A stretch of DNA of 64,000 nucleotides from Octopus vulgaris (Eukaryota), in NCBI GenBank assembly GCA_951406725.2, contig OX597833.1, forward strand, positions 14,198,001 to 14,262,000. Direction: 5' to 3'. The position numbers and the translations under genes are program-made. The number at the start of each line of letters is the position of its first letter. Position 1 is the first letter of the stretch. Shown in pieces: positions 12,590 through 27,031 of the stretch. The notes under the pieces are model-generated. The model ran no database searches, was not told the origin of the DNA, and saw nothing but the letters and a program-made list of their open reading frames with translations.

Positions 12590-13031
12590 AATTACCTGGA
12601 CATATCACCAATAATGTTATCTGGAGTCATTGGGTGTTTCGTGTTATATCACTCACCCAGGAAAGCTACAGATGTGCTGCAGTGTCCCACTCCTCAGGTA
12701 CACAGAGAAAGCTGTCGTCTCTACTTTCACCCACCAAAACAAGTAGGGTAGTTTTAAAGAACCGTTGTAAACGGTTTGTCTTTAAAGCTTTATGCATTGG
12801 AACTCTGCTTTCCAAAACTCCAGGAATAATTTTTGCCCTTCTCTCTTTGTTTCCAGCTTCTTATGTACTTTTTCCCAGCTGGATGTATCCCAATCACGCA
12901 CTCGGGTCGGTCCTCCTGTACTGACTTTTATCCTGGATCAGTGATGCCTTGTTATTCCTCTGAATCTCGCCCTAAAGAAGTAATGTGCGGCTACCATGAA
13001 TAGCACTTTCAGAACCTGATTCGCTTCGATC

Positions 13032-13033
<2 letters not shown>
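12590..13033 (-). mobile_element. Decayed HERO-type (RLE) non-LTR retrotransposon fragment
   Basis: Translation EFWKAEFQCIKL*RQTVYNGSLKLPYLFWWVKVETTAFSVYLRSGTLQHI resembles the HERO pre-zinc-knuckle region (LWKAEPxRIKFLIQAVYDVLPSPSNLxxWGKVETPACxLCxxRGTLEHI). CGAAACACCCAATGACTCCAG downstream resembles HERO 3' ends as I recall them. Confidence 0.7.
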
Positions 13034-13078
<45 letters not shown>

Positions 13079-13105
13079 GCAGAGTATTTAAAGGAAAATC
13101 AAAGA

Positions 13106-13152
<47 letters not shown>

Positions 13153-13154
<2 letters not shown>

Positions 13155-13309
13155 CGCAAGTGTGGTAAGTAGCTTGGTTAGGAACCACATGGTTCCGGGT
13201 TCAGTCCCACTGCGTGGCACCTTGGGCAAGTGTCTTCTACTATTGCCACGGGCCGACCAAAGCCTTGGGAGTGGATTTGGTAGACGGGAACTGTAAGAAG
13301 CCCGTCGTA

Positions 13310-13362
<53 letters not shown>

Positions 13363-13590
13363 GCATAAGTGTGTATATGTTTGTGTGTCTGTGTTTGTTC
13401 CTCCAACATCGCTTGACAACCGATGGTGGTGTGTTTACGTCCCCGTAACTTAGCAGTTCGGCAAAGGATACCGATAGAATAAGTACTAGGCTTACAAAGA
13501 ATAAGTCCTGGGGTCGATTTGCTCGACTAAAGGCGGTGCTCCAGCATGGCTACAGTGAAATGACTGAAACAAGTAAAAGAGTAAAAGAGA
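13153..13590 (+). mobile_element. SINE family A, full length
   Basis: Full consensus match with internal (TA)n. Confidence 0.92.
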
Positions 13591-13602
13591 TATATATATG
13601 TA

Positions 13603-13661
<59 letters not shown>

Positions 13662-13769
13662 ACGCAGAGTATTTAAAGTTAAATCAAAGGATATTAAATT
13701 GAAGAACCTGAAGAAATTGCACCCGCATTACGGTAGGGCTGCAATTGCAACGGTCACTAATTGATGCAG

Positions 13770-13886
13770 ATGTCATGTGTTGGTATTAATACATCGATTA
13801 GAAAGCAATTTTTTCTTGGTGATCTCTGACAACTATATCCGGCTTTTTAGCCTTGATTTCCCTATCTGTGTATATTGGCGCGTTAA
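13770..13886 (-). mobile_element. R4/Dong-type restriction-like endonuclease fragment
   Basis: PIYTDREIKAKKPDIVVRDHQEK-(frameshift)-CFLIDVLIP matches the R4-clade motif IxTDRxIxANRPDIVVxDxxxKxCxLIDVxIP. Confidence 0.8.
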
Positions 13887-14032
<146 letters not shown>

Positions 14033-14487
14033 GTGTGTTTAATACACACACACACATATTGGGAAAGATAGAGAAAGGAAGAGAGAGGAGTGATTATCTA
14101 TTATCTACACAGTGTGTATGTATACATTTACACGCACGAATACTTATCCGTGTGTGTATCTGTGAGTGTTTATGTGTGTACACGTGTGTTTGTATCCGTG
14201 CATCTGTGTTAAGATGTATTTCATGAAATGTTTTTTCTTAAAAGATAACACAAAGCATAAACGCATCAGGAATAGGATTAAACAGATTTATTTAATCAAA
14301 ATATTTAATCCATTGTCTTCTTTTGTTATTAGATATTCCTGTTTGAAAAGAAATCTCTTGTTTCTCAAGATTATGAACTGCACCAAATCACAACTACGAC
14401 TTCTTCACGAAGCTTAATTATGCTTAATGAGTTCTAAATGTTGGAAAATGTAATTAGTTGGGGGAAATGCTGTTGGATTAAGACGGA

Positions 14488-14697
14488 TACTCTTTACTCT
14501 TTTACTTGCTTCAGCCATTTGACTGCGGCCATGCTGGAGCACCGCCTTTAGTCGAGCAAATCGACCCCGGGACTTATTCTTTGTAAGCCCAGTTCTTATT
14601 CTATCGGTCTCTTTTGCCGAACCGCTAAGTGACGGGGACGTAAACACACCAGCATCGTTTGTCAAGCAATGCTAGGGGGACAAATACAGACACACAG

Positions 14698-14740
<43 letters not shown>

Positions 14741-14912
14741 CATATATACGACAGGCTTCTTTCAGTTTCCGTCTACCAAATCCACTCACAAGGCATTGGT
14801 CGGCTCGGAGCTATAGCAGAAGACACTTGCCCAAGGTTCCACACAGTGGGACTGAACCCGGAACCATGTGGTTGGTTAGCAAGCTACTTACCACACAGCC
14901 ACTCCTGCGCCT
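14488..14912 (-). mobile_element. SINE family A, full length
   Basis: Consensus match. Confidence 0.92.
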
Positions 14913-15024
14913 GTTCAAAATTTTATAAGCAACGTTCTGTTTTGGAGAGGTATATCTTAGGCGAGATTGTGGCTGTGTCGTAAGACCTTGCTTCCCAACT
15001 AATGGTTCCAGTATCACTCCCACA

Positions 15025-15353
15025 GTGGAGGCACATGGCCTAGTGGTTAGAGCAGCGGACTCGCGGTCGAGGGATCGCGGGTTCGAATCTCAGACCGGGC
15101 GATGTGTGTGTTTATGAGCGAAACACCTAAGCTCCACGTGACTCAGGCAGAAGGTAATGGCGAACTTCTGCTGAGTCTTTCACCACAACTTTCACTCACA
15201 CTCTTTCCTCCTGCATCTAGCAGCTCACCTGCGACGGACCGGCGTCCTATCTAGGTGGGGAACCTATATGCCAAGGAACCCGGGAAACGGTCCCTTATGA
15301 GCCAGGCATGGCTCGAGAAGGAAAAAACAAAAACAAAAACAAAAACAAAAATA
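15025..15353 (+). mobile_element. SINE family E (C-type head + D-type tail) nested in an old family A copy
   Basis: Head GTGGAGGCACATGGCCTAGTGG...GCGGACTCGCGG; tail GGACCGGCGTCC...GGGAAACGG...GGCTCGAGAAGG(AAAAAC)n; TSD TATCACTCCCACA at 15012-15024 and 15354-15366. Confidence 0.88.
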
Positions 15354-15554
15354 TATCACTCCCACACTGTGGAAACTAGGGCAAGTGTCATTTTATACGG
15401 CCCAGGGCTGACCAAAGCACTGAAACATTCTATCTTCAAGTGAATTGCTTACATAGACGTTTTCGCACATAAAACAGCGTCACTTTCAGTGTTGGCTCTA
15501 AATCCTATAGAAAATCTGTAGGCGTAACTTTAAAATGATAGATACGATGCGGTG

Positions 15555-16727
15555 TAAGAAGTTCCTGGCCTTAAGCGTATCGCGAAAGGCATAGTTGGAG
15601 CCTCATCGACGACAGTGAACAGGTGTGGGCGCCGTTCGTAAGGTGCGCCTTCCCGCAGCTCGTCTCACTGACCGAACTGCAAACATGAATAAAAAAGAGA
15701 CCGAAACTGGGCGATTGGGACCGAGAGTGTCGCCAAGCTGTACAGCAGCTCTGCCGTCCGGGATCAAACTTGTGCAACTTACAAACGACTAAAGCGTTCT
15801 ATAGAGGACTAGTGGAGGGGAGGTCCGACGACACACTCGGGGTAAACCTGGGCGTCGACGAGAAATTCCTAACCCGCCATTTTGAGGACGTCGTTCGGGC
15901 CGGGGCCTATGGATAACTTCCAGAGATCCCTGGCTTGGCAATGCTATCGAGACGCACTACCAGTTCGATAGTAGATCTACAGACAGGGTTCGAAAACCAT
16001 CACCGGACCGACCTGCCCGAGATGCGGTCAGAGCAACGAAACCGTTCTGCACGCACTCGTGCAGTGTCCAGATATTTCAAAGTTGTGGACCTTTGTCGAA
16101 CAGCTATTGTCACGTGTAGGACAGGCCCGCTTATCGGCCGAGTCTATCGTGAATATTGTTCCGCCACCTTCCTTTAAACGGGAAGGAAAAACAGTTTTCG
16201 TAACACTGATAGCTATGGCAAAAGAATGCGTGTGGTGGACGCGTTTGAAAGGCTTACAAACAAACACTTTCCTTTCTGGTCAGTCTCTCGTTTACTTGTT
16301 CAAGTACCATTTGAAAAGGAGGATGTGAATAGAGAGAAAAGTGTTGTCGAATGAAAGTCTGAATATAAAAAGGGTAAATGTGGCAAAAATGGCCAGTATG
16401 AAAGACGACACCATTTTAAGCATAAATCTATAACGAGAGTAAAGGTACATACTCTTAAGTACATTTTGAACTGCCTGAGGTGACCTTGGTCTTTTTTGTA
16501 GGTTTTTCTTTCCAAGCCTACACCAAAACTGTGAACAACATCGATTCTCCTTCTTTTTTTGGGAACTTTATATATTTCTTTCTTTTTTTGTACACCACAT
16601 AACCCAAAGATCCCTATTGAACGAACTTTTTCTTTGTGTCCCACCCATTCCCACCTCGAAAAGAAAAACTCTACATTGTATTTCGTCTATTTTCTGTGTT
16701 TAGCCCTGTGTGGCCATAATAAAAAGA

Positions 16728-16728
<1 letters not shown>
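15555..16728 (+). mobile_element. 5'-truncated Tx1/L1-like LINE (ORF2 C-terminus and 3' UTR)
   Basis: ...AFYRGLVEG...DNFQRSLAWQCYRDALPVR...PTCPRCGQSNETVLHALVQCPDISKLW... contains the CX2CX7HX4C knuckle typical of L1/Tx1 ORF2. Stops and frameshifts are present; the 3' UTR ends ...CATAATAAAAAGA. Confidence 0.82.
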
Positions 16729-17045
<317 letters not shown>

Positions 17046-17365
17046 AATAGACAGACATACAGACAGATCGATAAATATACGGGCGTTTGTGTATCTACAG
17101 GTGTATGGGGTGTTGTGTACCTACATAAAATACTAAAATTCTTAGTCATATACATATAACTATTGACTACTTTTCTCCCTTATGATTTCTAAACTTAATT
17201 CTTAATTTAAATTCTGTCAGAAGATTTCTCCCGTTATATCTACACCTCGATTCGCTTAAATTATATATTTTAAAAGTTTCCTAACTTCTAGAATATTCTA
17301 GTATTTCTTACCTTCATCCGTTCCAGATTCAGTCTCGTCACTTATTTCCCAAAAGTATGTAAAAC

Positions 17366-17370
17366 TTTTC

Positions 17371-17440
<70 letters not shown>

Positions 17441-17552
17441 TTCCTTTCTTTCTTTCCTTCTTTCTTTCTTTCTTCTTTCCTTCCTTTCTTTCTTTCTTTC
17501 TTTCTCTCTTTTTTGTCTTTCTTTCTTTCTTCCTTCCTTTCTTCCTTCTTTC

Positions 17553-17584
<32 letters not shown>

Positions 17585-17863
17585 TTTCCTTTCTTTCTTT
17601 CTTTCTTTCTTTCTTTCCTTCTTTCTCTCTTTTTTTGTCTTTCTTTCTTTCCTTCCTTCCTTCCTTCCTTCCTTCCTTCCTTCCTTCCTTCCTTCCTTCC
17701 TTCCTTTCCTTCCTTCCTTCCTTCCTTCCTTCCTTCCTTCCTTCCTTCCTTCCTTCCTTCCTTCTCTGTATCTCTCCTTCTCTACGTACCTACCTGCATA
17801 TATATATATATATTTATCTACTTGCCGTCGTTTCTCACAAACTCAGTCTCTAAAGCCACCTCT

Positions 17864-17903
<40 letters not shown>
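17366..17903. repeat. Polypyrimidine tract (TTTC)n/(TTCC)n/(TC)n
   Basis: Directly visible. Confidence 0.95.
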
Positions 17904-17905
<2 letters not shown>

Positions 17906-18041
17906 ATGAAGAGTTTTTCGTTTTTGTCTTTGGAATTAATTAGAATCCGAACCAATTTGTAGAATGCATATTGGTTCTGTGCCAACTTGGATTTGAATTA
18001 AATTTCGTCTACATCTACAATTTTCGTTTCCTTATACTTCA

Positions 18042-18674
<633 letters not shown>

Positions 18675-18717
18675 TATATGACGGAACGCATGCATCCATT
18701 TCTAAGTAAGTTGGTTC

Positions 18718-18786
<69 letters not shown>

Positions 18787-18924
18787 ACGTGAGTGTGTGT
18801 GTGTGTATGTATATATACATGTATATATATCTATATCTATGTACATATATATATATGTATGTATATATATGTGTGTATGTATATATACATATATATACAC
18901 ACATATATATATATACAAATATGT

Positions 18925-18970
<46 letters not shown>

Positions 18971-18974
18971 TAAT

Positions 18975-19148
18975 TTATTCATTTACCTGTTTTAATTATT
19001 TCATTGCGGCCCTGCTGGAAGACCACCTTTAGTCGAATAAATCAACTTTCGGGTCATATTCTTTGCAATCTAGGTACTTATTCTAGCGATCTCTTTTTGT
19101 CGAATCGCTATGATAGGGTACAAGCACAGGCATATACACAAATATATG

Positions 19149-19225
<77 letters not shown>

Positions 19226-19370
19226 GACAGGGGCTTCTTTCAGTTTTCCATCTGGCAAATCCATTAACAAGGCTTTGGCTGGCCAGAGGCTATAGCAGAA
19301 AATACTTGCCCAAAGTGCCATGCAGTGGGACTGAACCCGGAACCATGTGGTTGGGAAGCAAACTTCTTGC
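18975..19370 (-). mobile_element. SINE family A, old diverged copy
   Basis: GCAGTGGGACTGAACCCGGAACCATGTGGTTGG and other consensus blocks. Confidence 0.8.
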
Positions 19371-19377
19371 GACAGAC

Positions 19378-19419
<42 letters not shown>

Positions 19420-19970
19420 GCGCGCAAACACGCACACATGAAGTTGAAATTTAGAGCAAAACAAAAGACGAAACAGGTGTATGTACGACAAGCAAGTGTA
19501 ATAGTTTGACGCTTGGGAAAATTTGGAGCCTACGCTCTTCAACAGAAAGGAATGAGAGGAAATAAAAAGAGAGGGAGAGAGAGAGTGTGAGAGAGAGAAG
19601 AAAATAGGTGTAGGGTTCAGCGGTCTAACATATATATGTATATATGTATGTATATATATGTGTGTGTGTGTATGTTTGTGTATCTATCTATCTATATACA
19701 TATGTAGATATATATATTTGTATGTATATATATATATATAAATGCATATATGTATATATATATGTGTGTATATATATATGGCAAATATACATATGTGTAT
19801 ATATATATGTGTGTGTGTATATATATGTATACGTACATGTACATATGTATGCATATACGTATATATATACATAGGTATATATGTATATGTATATATATAG
19901 AATACACAGACACACACACATACACACACACACACATATATATATATATATGCATACATACATTTATTTC

Positions 19971-20010
<40 letters not shown>

Positions 20011-20429
20011 CTAAATATTTGAACGTGGGAATATACACACATAATTTTATCTGGTTTCTTTTTATAGAAATAGCATAGAAGATATACAAAAGTCACCTCT
20101 CTTTCCCCCTCTCTCTTTATGTCCAGCTCTCCATGTCTCTCCTTCTCTCTATCGTTCCTTTGTATATTTACCAATTCTCAAATTCAATCGGAATGTAATA
20201 ACGCTTGCTTCCAGTCTTCGCTATTCTGTTTTCGCTCCTTCCATTCCCTGGAACATTGAAACACCAAAACAAAGATTGAAATAATTTTATTTTGTTTTGT
20301 TTTTTATTTTGTTTTTTTTCACATGCATTTATTTTGCTATGTAAATTTTCTTTCGTTCTTGGGCTATCGTTTCCTACAACCACCTACATCTTTTGCGTGA
20401 AATTTGGATCTTCAAGAATTTTTGCTAAA

Positions 20430-20947
20430 TCTATATATATATATATAAAACTGTAGTTGTGTGAGTGTCTGTCTCCTTCGATTTAGATTCCTAACTCCTC
20501 CCACATTTTGCGGTGCAGTTTAACCAAATTCGGGTATCTTATAGTCGTGATTAATATCGAGCCCGTCTGGCTATTAGCGCGCGTCTACGATGAGTCTACG
20601 ATTTTATAAATAATTTAACATCATTTTTTATTCCATTTTAATGCATAATTTTTCGTGTGTCGATGGCGGCGGAGTTGGCGTCCACGCTCACAGCTGCACC
20701 TGTTTGCTTCTCCCCTTCTTCCCTCCCTCGTGAAGCTGTGGGGAAGGGAGTTTAAGGAAATCAACGTCGTAATGCGTTGTCAAGGAGACCAGCGTTCTTT
20801 TAGAACAACGACTTCATGGCTTGAAGACACCAAAACAGAAATGGCTAAGAAAGCCTGAATTGGCATCTATAAAGGAAGTAACTCTCTAAAAATGCTTATA
20901 TAGTTATTTCCCTTACAAACCCGAGCAACGCCGGGCGATACTGCTAG
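20430..20947 (+). mobile_element. Non-autonomous Helitron
   Basis: A|TCTATATATA start; 3' CCCGAGCAACGCCGGG hairpin followed by CGATACTGCTAG|T; no TSD. Confidence 0.9.
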
Positions 20948-21129
20948 TCTTTGATAAAACAAAACATTTAGGTTGTAAAACAATTTAACAAAAATCAAAA
21001 AAAAAAGGAAAAGAAATATGTAAACTCTTTCAAATGTTTCCTTATAAAACACATTTGCCTCCTTCACCCTGGCGAACAAATGTTAGTAGCATCATGCATA
21101 ACGGACTCTCCCGTCGTTAGACGACGTAC

Positions 21130-21415
21130 GAGGGATCGGCAATTTCTTACCGAAGAACCACACAGATGATTTCTTTATCGTGATCGAATATTTATGTAGA
21201 TACAGGCTCTCTCTCTCTCTCTCCATCAGATCGACTTTACCTGCACAGGTGCAACGGGTGTCACATGTCAGATGACAAAATGATAGCACAGGAACGTGAA
21301 ATGAAGTGCTTTGCTCAAGAACACAACACAATACAACGCAACGCTCGATCTGGGAATGGAACCCACGATCTCGCAATCGTGAGTGCAACACCCTAATCAC
21401 TAATCCATGTGCCTT
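21130..21415 (-). mobile_element. Old D-head SINE copy
   Basis: GTGAAATGAAGTGCTTTGCTCAAGAACACAAC...CACCCTAATCACTAATCCATGTGCC is a diverged family D head and core. Confidence 0.7.
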
Positions 21416-21424
21416 TACATCATA

Positions 21425-21809
21425 CTAGCAGTATCGCCCGGCGTTGCTCAGGTTTGTAAGGGAAATAACTATAAAGCATTTTTAGAGAGTTATAGCCAAA
21501 AAATAGCAAAAAAATGGAAAGAAAATGACGGTAAATTTTTTTTGAGAGTTAAAAAAGGTGGAGTTGCGTCCCCTAGACGGTCTGTGGTTTGGGTTTCTGA
21601 TTCTCGACCCCATGTCGAATTTATCGATTTTTTTCAGAACTGGGGGAACTTTTCAAAATTTTCGCTGCGTTAGTTTTGAATTATGACATTGGGCTATGTG
21701 TGTGTCAAGTTTCATCAGAATCGGTTGAAAGCCGTGGTCAGGGTGAGGGTACGAGAAAACAGACACACAGAAACACGCACAGACAAACTGCCGTTTATAT
21801 AGAGAGAGA
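21425..21809 (-). mobile_element. Non-autonomous Helitron
   Basis: A|CTAGCAGTATCGCCCGGCGTTGCTC is the reverse complement of the shared 3' terminus; the other end is TTTATATAGAGAGAGA|T. Confidence 0.85.
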
Positions 21810-21846
21810 TATATATATATACATACACATCATATATATATATATA

Positions 21847-21913
<67 letters not shown>

Positions 21914-22460
21914 GGCCTCAGGCAATAGTAGAAGACACTCGCCGAACGTGCCACGCAGTGGAACTGAATCCGGAACCATGTGGTTGGTAAGCAAGCTACT
22001 CGTCACACAGCTAAACAAATTTGCGAAAATTCTTTGGACAAGCAAAAGAACTTTAATACGTTCTGCTAGATTCCAACCTACGAAAAACAAAACCAAAAAA
22101 ACAACAAAAAAAAAACAAAGACGTTATCATTTTGAATCTCATTGTTCCCCGTGGATAATACAATTTATTATCGTTCAGTACATGTAAACTTCTGCTGCTC
22201 CTGCGTGAGCTGTCAAAGAAATCATTGTTAATTAAATCCCTGCAACGAAAATTTTCTGTCGTTGTTTAACTTCTTAATTGTTCATAAAGGATTATAATTC
22301 CACGTTAAACGCCATTATGGAGAAATCACGATCAGGTTTCCAATACCGGCTTCTAATTTCTTATCACTTAATTTCCCTTCAACTAAAAATTTCGTAAAAG
22401 CATTCAATGCAAAATGTAGGGCTACATCAGCAACAATTCGTGGTTATGACACGGTTTATG

Positions 22461-22691
22461 GGGCGGCGAGCTGGCAGAAACGTTAGCACGCCGGGCGAAA
22501 TGCTGAGCGGTATTTCGTCCACCGCTGCGTTCTGAGTTCAAATTCCGCCGAGGTTGACTTTGCCTTTCATCCTTTCGGGGTCGATAAATTAAGTACCAGT
22601 TACGCACTGGGGTCGATGTAATCGACTTAATACCTATGTCTGTCCTTGTTTGTCCTCTCTGTGTTTAGCCCCTTGTGGGCAGAACAGAAAT
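22461..22691 (+). mobile_element. SINE family B monomer
   Basis: Full head-to-tail copy; TSD GGTTATGACACGG(T/C)TTAT. Confidence 0.93.
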
Positions 22692-23024
22692 AGGTTATGA
22701 CACGGCTTATCACCGTAGTTCTGCTCCTCCCTAACCCAACACCGTAAACAAACTGACACCAACCTGAAGCGTCGACTGAATCGGCATCACTCATTATTTT
22801 TTAAGATTGATACTCATTCTATCAGACTCTTTTGCCAATTTTTCGGTTGCATAAACAAACCAACAGCGGTTGTCAATACTTGGTGACTCTAATTCGACGC
22901 TAACTTATTTGACATTAGTTGTTTCTCTCGTTTGAATGCGTCGCTCTCTGTCTGTCTGTCTGTCCCTGTTTATATGTGTGCGCATATATCCCTTTATGAG
23001 GAGAGAAAAAGTGTTTATATCAAT

Positions 23025-23255
23025 CTGTTTCTTTACTACCCACAAGGGGCTAAACACAGAGGGGACAAACAAGGACAGACAAACGGGTTAAGTCGATTAC
23101 ATCGACCCCAGTGCGTAACTAGTACTTAACTTATCTACCCCGAAAGGATGAAAGGCAAAGTCGACCTCGGCGGAATTTGAACTCAGAACGTAACGGCGGA
23201 CGAAATACCGCTAAGCATTTCGCCCGGCGTGCTAACGGTTTTGCCAGCTCGCCGC
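23025..23255 (-). mobile_element. SINE family B monomer
   Basis: Full copy; TSD AAGTG(T/C)TTATATCA. Confidence 0.92.
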
Positions 23256-24004
23256 TTTAAGTGCTTATATCAGTCACCTTTATTGAATAAATTGTAATGC
23301 ACCTCTCTCTCTCTTCCCTCCTCTCTCTATATATGGGACGATATTTCTATCTCTGTACACGAAGAGAGGGGCATTGTTTATGTTATTTCATATATAAATT
23401 ATAATGTATATCTCCCTCTTTTTCTCGCACGTTTTCTATTCTAGTTGTATGTGCACATATTTGAACGTGCGTGTGACTGTAAACGTGAATATGTTTGCCT
23501 CCAGCGCCACAACGTACCATCACTAAAGCAGGCCGTTTGTATATTTGCCAATTTTCAGATTCAATCGTTATGTTATACTGCTTTCAATCTTCGCTATTCT
23601 ATTTTTGCGCATTCAATTCCCTGGAATTTTGAAACATCAAACGAAAGATTAAAATAACTCTTATGTTATTTCAAACATTCATTTTGAATATCGCTTTGCT
23701 TTCGTCCTCCTGCTATCTTTTCGAACAAACATCTACATCTTTTGCATATAATTTCAATCTTTGCCAATCTCTGCTGAAACGAAGGCAAAACAAAACGTTT
23801 AGGTGAGTGAGAAAGAGAAAGAAAAAGAGAGAGAGAGATAGACAGAGAGAAAGAGAGAGAAAAAGAGAGAGATATTACAATCTATAAATTGCATTATCAC
23901 TCACTCTCCATCGCTCACAATATCCGTATGTATGTATGTATGTATGTATGTATGTATGTATGTATGTATGTATGTATGTATGTATGTATGTATGTATGTA
24001 TGTA

Positions 24005-24105
24005 TATCGTGAGTGGTTTAAAAAACCACATCAGATGCCATGATGGATCTAAGAATTAGGTACAAGAGGTGGTCAAACTCTGCACAAGGAGTAGACAGCC
24101 ACCAT
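24005..24105 (+). mobile_element. Possible RTE-type LINE extreme 3' end
   Basis: [15 protein letters not shown] resembles the terminal GLxxHxRxH motif of RTE ORFs, but the match is short. Confidence 0.35.
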
Positions 24106-24323
24106 TTCGTCAGTGGATCACATATCCGAAAAAGAAGCACGCTCCAATGGCCAGAGCAGTATTGTATTTACAGGAAGTTAATTATATGGCCAATCAGAGT
24201 AAGGAATGTCTTCGCACCATAATGCACTCAGAGTTTGGAAACTGACCAGGCGTTTATAAGGCTAAGCACTTTATAAATGCAAAACCATTGGTCAGTCTAT
24301 GATTCTCCATATAGTTAACATCC

Positions 24324-24387
<64 letters not shown>

Positions 24388-24389
<2 letters not shown>

Positions 24390-24559
24390 CGCAGGAGTGG
24401 CTGTGTGGTAAGTAGCTTGCTTACGAACCACATGGTTACGGGTTCAGTCCCACTGCGTGGCATCTTGGGCAAGTGTCTTCTGCTATAGCCTCGGGCCGAC
24501 CAATGCCTTGTGAGTGGATTTGGTAGACGGAAACTGAAAAGAAGCCTGTCGTATATATG

Positions 24560-24608
<49 letters not shown>

Positions 24609-24830
24609 TTGTGTGTATGTTTGTGTGTCTGTTTGTCCCCCTAGCATTGCTTGACAACCGATGCTGGTGTGTTTACGTCCCCGTCACTTAGCGGTTCGGC
24701 AAAAGAGACCGATAGAATAAGTACTGGGCTTACAAAGAATAAGTCCCGGGGTCGATTTCCTCGACTAAAGGCGGTGCTCCAGCATGGCTGCAGTCAAATG
24801 ACTGAAACAAGTAAAAGAGTAAAAGAGAGT
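24388..24830 (+). mobile_element. SINE family A, full length, inserted in (TA)n
   Basis: Consensus match. Confidence 0.93.
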
Positions 24831-25183
24831 CAAGAGTATATGTATATATATATATGAACTTGCTGAACTTTTCAATACAAACCGGTAATGTTACGGTGAC
24901 GTAAACACACCAGCATCGGTTGTCAGCTCAGCTAGTAACAGTGAGTGGTGCCTGTATATTAAGGTGCCAGCCTTGTCCCATTGTCCGTCACGTGGAATCA
25001 CCCCTGAGAACTACGTTAAGGGTAGGAATGTCTATACAGTGTTCAGCCACGTATACATTAATTTCATGAACAGGCTGTACCGTTCACGGTGACAACTGGA
25101 GATTTCATCGTCGTAACCGACGAAGAGCCGGGCTACAAGAAGAATAAACGTAAATAAAGCCCCTAACAAGTAATAAAAACTTT

Positions 25184-25720
25184 GGGAAGGATGGCTTCCC
25201 ATTGCAAATACTGATAGGTCACAGAAAGTGTGTCAATAGCCAGCTGGAGGAGGTGTCCTCCTGGGGCTACAAGCTACAGTAGCATCCATCCTTAGGAGTT
25301 AGCCATATTTAAATGGCAAATATATCTGATCACGTGTCAATACCCAGATACTCGAATCCATGGGTATCATAGGTTGAAGACGGGAAGGATGGCTTCCCTT
25401 TTCAAATACTGATAGGGCACAGAAAATGTGTCAATAGCCAGCTGGAGGAGGTGTCCTCCTGGGGCTACAAGCTACAGTAGCATCCATCCTTAGGAGTTAG
25501 CCATATTTAAATGGCAAATATATCTGATCACGTGCCAATACCCAGATACTCGAATCCATGGGTATCATAGGTTGAAGACGGGAAGGATGGCTTCCCTTTT
25601 CAAATACTGATAGGGCACAGAAAATGTGTCAATAGCCAGCTGGAGGAGGTGTCCTCCTGGGGCTACAAGCTACAGTAGCATCCATCCTTAGGGGTTAGCC
25701 ATATTCAAATGGCAAATATA
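25184..25720. repeat. 198-bp tandem repeat, about 2.7 copies, hairpin-rich
   Basis: Units start GGGAAGGATGGCTTCCC at 25184, 25382 and 25580 and are nearly identical. Confidence 0.95.
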
Positions 25721-26630
25721 CTTTACGATAAAAACATTGTTTTGTGTCAATTCTAATAACACTGGGGAAAAACCCCAACAAAAACGAGCAAATTTATCTG
25801 ACAGTCCAACATATTTGAATCCTCGTAAAGTTGGTTAAAATTTCAGATAGGAGGTTAGACTAACTACATTTCAGTTGAAGGCATAACTCTTCCATAGCCA
25901 TGGAGTTTTATCAGGAATGAATTTCGTCACTCATCTACAAAAATTTACTAATTACAAAATTAATTACCACCAACTTCGCTAGTCATGGCCTCTCATTCAG
26001 ATAGTTCTGAAATTTGCGCAGTATCTCCATGGCAACAAAAGTAACAACGGAAAAGCGCTTTTGTAAATTCCAATAAAACTTTCATAGAAATTTAATTAAA
26101 TATAATGCAGTCTGTATTTGGCGTTTAAAACGGCATCCTTCATTTCCGAAACAAATTTAAATTAAACCGGATATAATATATTCAATGAAATGAAACCTTA
26201 TTTCATTAGTGTTGAAAGTAATCTAACAATGTAGACTGAATGATTTAGTAAGAATTAATTACAATGATTAATTGTACCACACAAGTCTCTTCCTAACAAA
26301 ATTCAAAATCGTATAAATTTTATTCCTTATGTTCTTTTCCAATATAAATAAAAATGTGTGTAAAGTGGACAACAGAAAGCTCTGATCTGTTTGCCATTCT
26401 TGTTTGTCTCTTTTCTCTGTCGTTCTTTAATCACACTTTTTGTTTTCCATAAGCCTTCTTTGTTTTTCTCTCTCCATACAAAAACGTACATACACACGTA
26501 TTATGGCATAGTAGCTAAGGGTGGCGGACTAACAGAACCGTTAGTAGATCGAGCTAAATGCTTAGCGGCAGTACAACTGGATTTACGATCTGATTTCAAA
26601 TTCCGTTGAGCTAATCCTTAGAACCACTGA

Positions 26631-26997
26631 TGGAGGCGCAATGGCCCAGTGGTTAGGGCAGCGGACTTGCGGTTTCGATTCCCAGACCGGGCGTTGTGAG
26701 TGTTTATTAAGCGAAAACATCTAAAACTCCACGAGGCTCCGGCAGTGATAGTGGTGATCCCTGCTGTACTCTTTCACCACAACTTTCTCTCACTCTTACT
26801 TCCTGTTTCTGTTGTACCTGTATTTCAAAGGGCCGGCCTTGTCACTCTCTGTGTCACGCTGAATATCCCCGAGAACTATGTTAAGGGTACACGTTTCTGT
26901 GGAGTGCTCAGCCACTTACACGTTAATTTCACGAGCAGGCTGTTCCGTTGATCGGATCAACCGGAACCCTCGTCGTCGTAACCGACGGAGTGCTTCC
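26631..26997 (+). mobile_element. SINE family C
   Basis: Consensus match with a deletion in the head; TSD AGAACCACTGAT. Confidence 0.92.
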
Positions 26998-27031
26998 CAC
27001 AGAACCACTGATATCTCTCGTTACAAATATA

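Noticed and set aside
17366-17770. Polypyrimidine tract as a functional H-DNA element
   Set aside because: Ordinary expanded microsatellite in a genome full of them; nothing indicates function.
22130-22240. Possible minus-strand exon after TTTTCGTTGCAG (DLINNDFFDSSRRSSRS)
   Set aside because: No clear donor site and no recognisable homology.
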